NCBI GenBank assembly: GCA_048013815.1
Contig: CM106586.1
Span: 23,064,001 to 23,128,000, forward strand
Length of the DNA stretch: 64,000 nt
Reading direction: 5' to 3'
Source: Setoptus koraiensis
Lineage: Eukaryota; Animalia; Arthropoda
The notes under the pieces are model-generated. The model saw nothing but the letters and a program-made list of their open reading frames with translations, was not told where the DNA came from and made no database searches. Position numbers and translations under genes: made by a program. Of this stretch, positions 47,264 through 58,200 are shown piece by piece. How positions within the stretch are numbered: position 1 is the stretch's first letter; the number at the start of each line of letters is the position of its first letter.

Positions 47264-48390
47264 TCACTTGACTGGCAGCATCATAACGTCAGGTGTCATA
47301 ATAATGGACCCTTTGATGACAGTTTTAAAATGTCTCACTAGTTGCAACACGGCGTAATTATGACCTAGGGCGGCAATTGTACAACAAACATGAAAAAATT
47401 GATGACTATTGAAAAATATATCGAATTTTCCTGGGTAATAGCATTCTGGCACCTGATTGGCGTAGATGAAGGCTCCTAGAAGATAGATTCCTTGGGATGT
47501 AAATAAAATCACAGACAAATTCAAGCATTCATATTTAAGATGCCAGTAGTTTATGAACCAGTGAACTTGCGGAACTATTGCACTAGTTCCAAATGATGTC
47601 AATATAATAACTCTCATGATTGTATGTGATTCGTGGCAAAATTTATTATTTGTTAGCAAATATATTAATATTGTAGCAAAGAAGATAAAAACTATTATAT
47701 AAGCTCTAGAATAGATCGGGCTCAAATTTCCATAGATTGCATGTATCCAAGACACGATCGATAATGTAATGAGACCTATTATTCCAGTAAAGTCCAACCT
47801 AATTCCATTGAACATACAGTAGAGGTACATACATAAGTACGTCAAAGGTAAGTTTATGATGATGTCATAATTGAAACATCCAAACCCTGCACTATTTAGG
47901 TCTTGAAGGTAGTTTGGAGATCAGCTACATACTTTTGAAAGAATCTACCCACGTCCCTCGAGTGACAGGAGAATATGTGATAAGTTGCCGATAATGCATG
48001 ACAGACCAAGGCTGCGAGATTGTAGGCCCCGACAATAATTTTGTCAGTGTAATTGTACTCTTCGCTCATCATCAAACAACATAGTAAAAATATGAATATG
48101 ACACACGGAATCAGGTGAGTCCTGCAGTGATCAAGTTCACAAAAATGTAATTTTATCTATTTTATTGAGTGGTCACTAAGTTGCGTTAGTTCTACAAGCT
48201 AGAACTACTACCCATAACCGTAAAAAACCACTTACCATATATTCAAGGTCTCGTTATGTAATTTGAAAATTGATTTGAGGCAATAAATATAAGAGTTGGT
48301 CGGAGGCCGATGACCTCGTAACAAGTAAATGTTGTCAGCCATCCATTGTGGCTGTTGGCTAATATGATTGAGTTGATTACGACTAGTCAT
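47264..48390 (-). CDS. AdipoR: Adiponectin receptor / PAQR family 7-TM protein: join(48390-48236, 48121-47933, 47798-47264), 292 aa
   Basis: PQWMADNIYLLRGHRPP...SIFKLHNETLNIW|THL, SATYHIFSCHS, K|LDFTGI, ANQVPECYYPGKFDIFFNSHQFFHV. The putative Zn-site His/His/His and Asp are present. Two GT-AG phase-2 introns of 114 and 134 nt. Confidence 0.93.
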
Positions 48391-48694
48391 CTTGAAAAGG
48401 GTAGATAGGGTGAATGGGGTGAAATTAATCAACAGACACAGCCTCAGACACTAGTGCTAAACCAGATTGAAATCAGACGACCGCACTCCTCGCGGAATCT
48501 AAGTTTTTCTGTACACACATGAGTCATTTCGTAGAATAATAATCTCTCAACTGACCAAAGGTAAGGATATTCTAGACGACACTTAAATCATATTATTATA
48601 ATACTAATTCTTTTTGATCAGTGTACATCGACATTACAATTAATGCGAATGAAAAATTTTTTACAATAAACAAAAGATAATTCAATTGTGTTAA

Positions 48695-51117
48695 TCAGAC
48701 CTCTGTTGATGATCCGTGTTTTGATCTATTCAAAGCTCTCCTTCTTGCTATTTCGGAGTTCTCTATGTTCTTCAGCTCGAATTCTGATGTGTGCATATTG
48801 ATTGCACGAAAAACTTTTACCATACCTTCCTTGATGCTGTTTAAATCTTCATGGTCTAATCTTGTGTTTGGAAGTATATCGCTGTCGGTTGTCCACGGGT
48901 GCGCCAGAACATCTCCTATCCTAATTCTTCTTTTGGGGTCAACGTGCAACATCCTTTGTACCAAATCTTTCGCCTGGGACGATACATTTCGCCAGTTCCC
49001 GGATGTCATATCGATCACACCAGAGCCAATACGCTCCAAAATCTTAGACGGCGTATTGACCTTACCATTCGCGAACGGTGTGTGGCCAGCTAGCATTGTA
49101 TATAATAGCACTCCAAGACTCCATATATCACATGCTTGATCATATCCTTGTTGCATCAAGACTTCCGGGGCTACCCAACTTGCTGTGTAACACGGTGTCA
49201 TGAGAAGTCCATTTTCGGCACGTATTTGTTTGGCAAAACCGAAATCACAAATTCTTATAGACTTGGGGTCACATGAATCTGCGTACATTATGTTGGATGG
49301 CTTGAGATCTCGATGGACAACTCCGTTGTCGTGCAAAAACTTCACTGCGTTAGCTATCACTTGAATTACTAGACTAGCTTCGCGCTCACAAAAGTACTTT
49401 TGGCTCAATATTCTATCTAGTAGTTCCCCACAGCTCAAGTAATCCATAAAAAGATATGTCTTGTTTGTGTCCTCTATGACGTTGTGAAGTGTTACGATGT
49501 TTGCATGATGACTAAAGCGCAATAATATTTCAATCTCTTCGGAACAATCTCTTTTAAACTTGTCTACAATCTTGCAAGCATAAACTTGGCCTGTATCTTT
49601 CTTCACACATTTTTTACAAACCGAGTAAGAACCCACGGCAATTTGTTCCTTAAATTCATACTCATCAAGAAGCATCTTCACGTCAACATAGTTTCTCGGT
49701 CCTTCCGATCGATTGGAACAAGCTTTGGAAGTTGATGCCGCTGCGTCACCATTATTGTTCATTGCATGATTGTACGCTATTGAAGGTAAGATGGTATTTG
49801 GTCTTGACTGGTCGAATTGTAAGTCTCCATTCAAAAGACTGGGTGCTACGAAACTGAATCCTCTAAACAATTCTTTAGCATTAGCACTAGGTGGAATTCC
49901 CGGGGACTCCTCTCTGAGTTGCAGAAGTTTTCAATTTGATCAAAATGAAAAGTTAAGATTAGACAGAAAATCTAAGGCAAGATCTAGGCATCTCACAAGA
50001 GATTATCAGATTTGGTCACTTACGTGTAGTTTTGGTCATCGAATCTGAAAGCTGACTCCCTATGGATCGCGGGTATGAATGGTGGTGTAACTTGTCTAGT
50101 GAAAAGTTTTCCAAAGTCAATCAAAGCAAAAAATACATGATCCATTATATCTTTACCACCACGTGGTCCCGAACCTAACCTATTCTGAGGATTGCGTTTA
50201 AATAGGCACCTGAGTAAACTTTGGGCTTCTGGGCTTAAATAGTGCGGCATACATAACTTGGCTTTCATTATCTGTTGCATGGTGTCCTTTCTATTTGCAC
50301 CTTGGAAAGGTAAAACTCCTGTCAACATTTCGAACATAACCACTCCAAGACTCCAGAAATCGGCTGATTTAGTATGACCTTGTCTAGCGATTACTTCCGG
50401 GCACATATATTCGACAGTCCCACAAAAAGAATAAGCTTTTTCATCGAGAGCCTCTTTACTTAGACCGAAATCAGTTAATTTGATATGTCCCTCCTCATCT
50501 AAGAGGATATTTTCAGGTTTTAAATCTCTATAGATTATTCCTAGTGAATGTAGATGTGTTAAAGCCAGCAATAGTTCCGCAAGATAGAATTTTACATCCT
50601 CCTCAGTGAACATCACCTCCTTGTTAAGCCTTGTGAAAAGGTCTCCTCCTCTCAAAAAATCTAGAACAAGAAACAACTTTCCTTCAGTCTGAAAGGCATA
50701 ATTCAATTTGACTATGAAAGGATGCTGTACATCCGCTAGAATGTCGCGTTCTTTTTTGCTCCTGACTCTGTCTCTAACTTTGAGTGTCGCCTTCCTAAGT
50801 ACTTTCATTGCATAATATGTTCCTGAGTCGGGGCCAGAGAGTTTTTTTACTAAAAATACTTTAGCAAATGAGCCACGACCAAGAAGTTTTATGGGCATGA
50901 ATTGACTGGGATCGGGATGCGGATGATCTGGCTTGGTAACATTAGATACTTCGATTTCTTCTATGGTGGTATCAACTTCCATCTCTTGTTGTTCCGCTTG
51001 GTCCGTCGAAGGTTGCTCCTCAGGACTGGGGGTAACTGAAAGTTGATCATGTTGCAAAGGCTTTATATTTTCCTGGTTTCTAAAAGTTTGCCAGGGACTT
51101 AGATTAGCTAGGGGCAT
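48695..51117 (-). CDS. RPS6KA: p90 ribosomal S6 kinase (RSK, two kinase domains): join(51117-50024, 49913-48695)
   Basis: NTKD: [33 protein letters not shown]. Linker: ESPG and FRGFSFV. CTKD: [33 protein letters not shown]-docking-like IARRR and a PDZ-like end STEV. 110-nt phase-2 intron AC|GTAAGT...CTCAG|A. Confidence 0.96.
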
Positions 51118-54100
51118 GTTGATATTTGCAATGTATATCTTATCTAGAGAAAGTTAGTTATGTTTCAATATGATGGCTTGTTTGTTTAATAAATAAATAG
51201 GTGGTTTTGCGAGTAGCAACAGTTGCTTGTCAGATAGATGTCTGGTATGTTTTTGTTTCTTTGCCAGTAGTTATATAGCGTTGATGTAGAGATCTAGATT
51301 GCTGTGTTTGCTGATATGTGTCGATGAATTGTGTTTACTGTATCACAAAGATTTTGATCGAATGAATCGTTTGTCCAATGATGATGATGATGATGACGAT
51401 GATGAAGAGAAAGAAATCCTGAATCAGTAGATGTCATTATTAGAAATTGCCATGATTTTAATTGAGGATACGAGACAATGTCTATCTATGATTGGTTGCA
51501 AATGATGATGCCTGTAGGTAAATTGGTCACTGTTACTGTGATTATGTTACTACGAATTTCATCATTGTTGTTTTGAGTTGGTAGCAACAATCTGTTATGA
51601 CAGCAGTATGGTCCATATGTTTGCAAAAGTGTATTAACACACAGCAAGGTTAAATTGTTGTGCGTAGATGTAGAGCTGACAGCAATGTCTGCGGGTTGCA
51701 AGTTTAGCTTGCTCGACTGATGCCTCTAACTAGGATGTATCTGGAAACAATTGTTTTAAAATATTTGCTGCTTAAAATATTTGATGATATTGTACGTTGA
51801 CGATGTAGCTCTCGCGAGAGTGTGGTGATAACAATTTTGCTGGGCTTACAATTTTGCTGGGCTTACAGTTTTGTTGGGCTTGGGCAGTGTGTATGTTGCA
51901 GTGTAGTTATACGTTGATCAATGGGTCGACATTGGCCACAATAGTGTACGACGATTATGATTGATAGATGCGATAGTTGCGATGGTCATCGCCGGTGTTT
52001 TATACTGTTGCGTAGGCGTGCGTGTTAGATTTGTGTGATAATTTTGATTGATGACTCATTTGACTGACAGAGAGTGTATTATCTTGTTGTGGCCGTCTCC
52101 TCATTGACTGTTGATATTGGTGTCGACTGCATAGACTCGTTTGTTGCCGGTTGTTGCTGTGGTAGCTATTGGCCGCGGTTAATATTTTCTGTGCCGGTGT
52201 CTGGGAAATTGTGTGTGTAGTGCCGGCCAAGGTTCGATGTTGCAATGTTCGATGTGCGCGATGCTGCTGCAGTTGCGTTGCCGATGTGGCGGCCTCTTGA
52301 AATCGGGACTATCGGCCAATAACAAGTTGTGCAATATTGGCAATGGCTAATGGTGATCGATGGCGAAACGATAAACTAAAACGATGCAATTGTTTGTATT
52401 AACTGGTTCACTAGATATGATAATAAATATAAATAAATATGCGTTCTGTTGCTTGCAACCAGCGGCTGGTTGGGGCTGGCGTTCGTTGGTTGGCTCTATT
52501 GTTGTCGGTCGGTCGGTCGGTCCAACGAATGAAATGAATATGGCGAATGAACGTGCGCTCCAATGCTACATTGGCCACTGCTGCGTGTGCTACTATCGCC
52601 AGCGAACTAGTCACACATTCGATTCGATTCGTGCACCGATTCAATTGAATTCATTTCAACAACAACAATCTGTGCGTCTTGTCCGCTCTGTGTGCGTGTG
52701 TGTGTGTGCGAGCAAGCGCACTCTCACTGCTGCAATGCACTGTGTACCACTGTGACAGTGGTGCAGTGTGCAGCAGTGTAGCGATGCGTGCTTGTTCTCA
52801 TCGCTGGTGCGCTGCCGCCGCTGCTGCTGCTGGCTGCCCTGTTACACTCTGCACCACTTGCCCGCTATTTGTTCGCTACATTTGCTGCAGCAGCACCATC
52901 GCCAGCTTGTACAACGACAGCCACACACTTTTGAGTGTTAGTTACACGCAAACACTGTGCGTGCCACACAGTCACTGTGTGCGCTTGCGAACGCACACAA
53001 ATTGTGACACAGCCGCACATGGGCCGCACCACACTAACAGCGTGGCCCAATGCTAGGCGCACCACGGGTTCGCACCGTGCGAACACACGAACAAGTGATG
53101 CAGTGTGCACCGCAATCGGCTGCACCGTGCGCACAACCGCCACTCAGCACCAGCTACCGTGCATGTGCGAGTCTCTCGCAGTCTGAGCATGGTGCAGAGC
53201 GTGTGTGTCCCCCACCTCCGGCCCCACTCGCCAACTGAACCAACCCGCGCCGCGAATGCCTGTGCGCCTTGATCAAGTCAGCGCTGGTTACTTTGGGCCC
53301 CAAAGTATTCGGGCCCACTTTCCCGATCGATGGGACCCGCAGTGGCGAGCGGTCGGTTGGGGCGACACTACCGCTCGCCGGTAATATAGCCGTTATAATG
53401 GCCAGCGATAATGTAGCGGCCGCCAGAGAATACTTTAGAGCGAACTCTTACGTGCAAAGCCCCGCGTGGGGCGCAGCCGAAGGGGGCCAGCGGAAAGCCG
53501 GCAATATCACCGGCTCTCCGCTGGCTGTTGCTGTTGCTGCTGGTGCTGGTGCGAAAATGCGCCACGAGGGCCGCTGCTCGTGCTCGCCGCAAATCTCGCC
53601 GCCAAATCGCTGGCGCCGAGTGCGTGCGCCTAGCCGCGGGGATTAGCCTCGCCGCCGAGGGTGTTCGGTTGACAATTTTGTGCTGCTATTGTCATGATCG
53701 TTTGCGTAAACTCCGCTGAACTGAATTTGCTAGATTTCACATACACACACTTATCATTTGCGCTAGCATAACAAACGTATCGCTGCCGCAACTGCGATTT
53801 CCAGCTAACCGGCCCCAACGAGTCTAAAATTAGCAATGCGAGCATCTGCTGTCATGCATACCGTCGGCTGGCGCGTAGCTGGGGCGCCAGTTGTCTGACA
53901 AGCTGCGAGAGTGTTGAAGTGAGTGGGCCAACTAGAGGGGCCCGCGCTAGCTCAATTATTTATGCTAAGTTTTAGATTCGATAATGGGGCACACACACAC
54001 ACACACACACACATTTAAATTTATTCTGTGCCCTTGCCATCAAATACCGTTTGGTGTGGCTCGACAAACTGGCAAATAGCACTTGTGTTGCGCAATAAGT

Positions 54101-55193
54101 ATGATTGAATGGGTATCGCACCTGATATCAGCGCTGGAACCGGCACCAGCGAGCGCTGTGTGTGCCCTAGATCAACACCGAACCGCTAATGGCCTAACAA
54201 TGGCGGCATTTTTCTCATTAGTTTGTGAACTCGCGCCAGTTGTTGTTGTTGTTGTTGTTGCTGTTGGTTTGTTTGTTCAACGGGGGCGCGCTATCGCCGG
54301 CATCCATCGGAGCAAATCATGCCCAAGTGGCTCGGCAACGCGTGTCTGGTGCGTTTCGGCAGCCTGTGCCAGCGCCAAGTATCGAGCCAACGGCATCGCG
54401 AGCCGAGTGGAGATTGATGAATTGTGAGCGAACCAGGGTCGCCCTTGCTGCAATTGATTGGGGCCAATCACTGCTCCTGGCAAGATACCTTTGGGGCGAC
54501 TCCATCGGTAAGTATCTCGCATGGGTTGTATGGGCAACAGCAGCAGCGGCGGCGCGTGCCGGAGACAGCCCGTGTTTTTATGGCTTTTTACAAGCTAGGC
54601 TGGGCGCTGACGTAACAAGAGACCAAAGTTGTGTGTGTTTCGATGAGACGGCCTCAACTGTGAACCGTTTGCGCGCACCTTTTGTCCAATTCTGTGAGGT
54701 GCATGGTGGCGATTCGCAAAGGATAGGTCCATGTAATTATACGAGATGTCGAGATTAGACTTTGGTTGGGCTGCGGTTTGCACGGCGTGCAAGATACTCG
54801 CGAGTCTAGAACCCGCCCGAAACTGGCGGCTGTAGTCGCCGCAAACTGGGTGCAAAATTTTTGCGGTCTCACACCGGTAAACACCCGGTGGTGACAAGTG
54901 GCCGCTACCAACCGATCGGGCCGTCTATTTATCGAGCAGAGCCAGCAGGGTGCCGAACTGGTCGCGTCGAGCCAGACTCTGGCAGTCGGACTGTGGCAGT
55001 TGGACTCTGGCGCGAATAGCACCTTGCTCTGGCGTGTGCCAGCCTTGCTATGAGCCCGCACAATGCCACTACTTATCCGACTTATCCGTTTGTGCATGCG
55101 TGTGCAACGAGCGATATATAGAGAGATATAAGCACGTCTTGTGGCCCCAAGACTCCTCTTCCGGTTGCCCCAATTGTGTACGTGTAAATGCAC

Positions 55194-55227
<34 letters not shown>

Positions 55228-58200
55228 TGCGGAGGGGGGGGGAGTTCGCACTCATTAGCAGGTGTTAAACTAATTTTGCCAGCCAGCAGAGGCCTGGCTG
55301 GCCGCCCTCGGCATTGGCCAGCCGGCTCCAAACAAAATTGGCCGTCATCATCAACAACAACAAGCACCCAACATTCCGTGGACGAGCGCAATAACTATGA
55401 ATAAGGTCGAGGGCCTGTTCCGTTTGGGTTCCATCTTCATCAAATTGGCGGTTCTACATGCAAGCCGAAGCGAGCCAACAGAGGCCCGAGCGAAGAAAAG
55501 AGGCCCGTCCCATTCTTATTATTATGTGCACAAGCGGCGTCATTATTATTCAATATGTCGCTTCATTTACCCAGTGGCTGCGCCTGGTCCTCTATGGCAA
55601 AAGAACTGCCAGTGCCCGTGGCTGTTCTTTTGCCACATGCCTGGGCATGTGGCAAAAGAACACAACACTAGACAGCATAACGACGACCAGTAATTGTGCA
55701 GCGCAGTCAAGCACCCTCGGCAACCATGTTGTTTCCAATTACAATTTGTATCTGGTTTTCGTCACAACCAGTCGTCCGCCGTTGCCGAGACCGTGTTGTT
55801 GGCGTTGTTGCTAACGAGAGCCAACTAGCGAGCTGCACCAATTGCCAATTGAATAATTATTATCACAGGCACACGCCAGACCGTCCGTTCTTTATGTGTT
55901 GTTTTGGTTGATTCGAAAGAATCGGAGCCACAGTGAGAAGAATGTTTTTGTTTGTTGCGCAACCGGAACGGGGCGACACACAGTTTGTCTAATTTAAACA
56001 AACAACACGGCGCGCTCGTGTTTCGTTGTCTGTTCTTTGTTTTAGTTTGTATATTCAGTTTGTATATTCAGTTTGTATATATAGTATGTATATTTGTATA
56101 CTGGCACGCGGGCCGCTTTTTTGTTCCGTTCCAGGAACTGGCCAGAAATCACTGCTCAAGCGAAGTCAGCTCGCCAATCGATTGACGTCTTATCTGGGCC
56201 CAATCCGCCAACTGCCGACCATTTGGAGTTGGCAAACGGCCGGGCTCTGGGTAGCCCGGGCTGGCTTGCAACTCGGGCAAATCGAGTACCTTGTTGTGAT
56301 TGGAAATACTTGTCGATCGATACCATCGACTGGTCGATATTGTCACGAGCATATCTGGTCACGCAGGACAATATAGATATAGGTATTGTGATTTAGATTT
56401 AGATATTTTGTGTGCTGGTAGCTTGTGCGTACCCACCGACACGGTACCGTTGCGTCGATCGGTCGACCGGCACCGCTACCGTTCACATGAAATAGCCCTG
56501 CCCGGGCCCGGGCCCGTGCTCAAGTCGACCAGACTGGCTAGACACGGGCCATATCCGGGCGCATATAAAAATGCAACGACATGTACGCAAACGATTATCC
56601 ATTGTTACAACATTGTCTGGCGGGGTGTCTACCAGTGCCGGACTGGTGCACAGTGAAAAGGAAACACCTGAGCGATAGAGACACAATAAAAGACAATGGG
56701 GATCTGTCTGTGTTGACAGATTCGGCTTGACGGCGCATCGGAATGAGTATTTATTATGGGGCGAAATATTATGATATATTCGCCGTCATGACAGTGGCGC
56801 TCCCAGTGAGCAGCTTGATTGATTGAAATTGGGATGCGAAATGAACAGGCAACAATGCCAAGAATGGAGCCGCCGGGACAACAATGCCGGCCCACTACTC
56901 ACGGCTCGCCATCTCGGCGGGCCGTGAGTAGTGGGTGGCGAGTAGCGAGAATACGGGCTGGTTAGCTAGTGCAATGGTGAGCCCAAGCACGACAACGACC
57001 AGTGTAATTATAATAACGGGCGCTCAATGATGGTGCGCCGGGCCCATAACTCACGCGAGCCCGAGAGGCCCGCGCCAGCGTGAGATGGCGCCATAAATAA
57101 ATCTAAATTAGCGTTAATCTAATAATAATGTAGCCCTCACTGTGGCTGCATCAATGATCGCCGCTAATGCGACCTAGCGGTCACATATGTATGTATATAA
57201 TTACTATCTGACCATTGTCGAGCGGTCAGATAATAATGCCATTCGTTGCTTCGTTGTTGCCGTCCGCTGTCGTTCGCTGTCGTCCGTTGTAGTTGCGCTG
57301 GCCAGCCGGGCCCCACACACAGCGATGCAATGGCGTGGACGGCCTAGACTGCGCCGACGATGCTGACAGCACCCATGTAAACTAGATCCTTTTTCCCCCA
57401 GCCGGTGAGTCACTGACAAATGGCGAGACCAACAAATAGCGAGACCAACAAACGGTGAGACAACAAACAAGTGTGTTTGTTGTCTCACTATTTGTCAGTT
57501 GACACGCACACACAAATGATGAGAATATTTGTCTTTGTTGTGTGTCCACAATAATGTCACCGTAATTAGTGTTTGTTAGCGGTTTCCTGACAATCAATTA
57601 CACGCTGGCCGCGCTGGCGCGTCTCAATGGCGTTCGGAGGGCGGCGATAAACTTTATCGGATAAAGTGGCAGTGTTTTTTATCATGTTTGCTCCGGTGGC
57701 AGCACTCTGTCTGGCAGACACCGTCCATTGAAATGTCGACCGATTCACACTGTAGTGCGCACCTCTGTTATCTGATTTGTATTCGGCTCTAAATTTATTA
57801 TCGGCGAAATTATGTTGCGATTGTACGGTTCGAGAGGGGCCCATTTGGCGGTGCCGATACTGGGCCGATATTATTCCGATATTGTGCCATGCACAACATG
57901 TCATGCAGTGCGTCCAATAGATGGATAGGTCTTATCATGAGACGGTGTGGGGGGGGGGTGCGCTGCGAATCGCTGTCGTCATAAATTGCCAGCCAAGCAT
58001 ATTGATTGTTGTGTCTCGGCGAGCCGATTGGTTGGCCTCAAACTAGCCTCAAACCGGGTGAGTGGGCAGGCTCGTCAGGCACTCGAGCTCGCCGGCGAGG
58101 GGCGCAAGCACGGACGACGAGCTGTGCAAACAACAAAACAAGAAGAAGCACAAGAAGAATAAATTAAACGATTTATACCAGCAGCTGCAACTGTTATATA

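Noticed and set aside
54225-55391. ORFs 54225-54758 (+) and 54654-55391 (-), and a CG|GTAAGT donor-like site near 54509
   Set aside because: Non-ATG starts, a Leu run from a GTT repeat mimics a signal peptide, no family match. A UTR exon is possible but unsupported.
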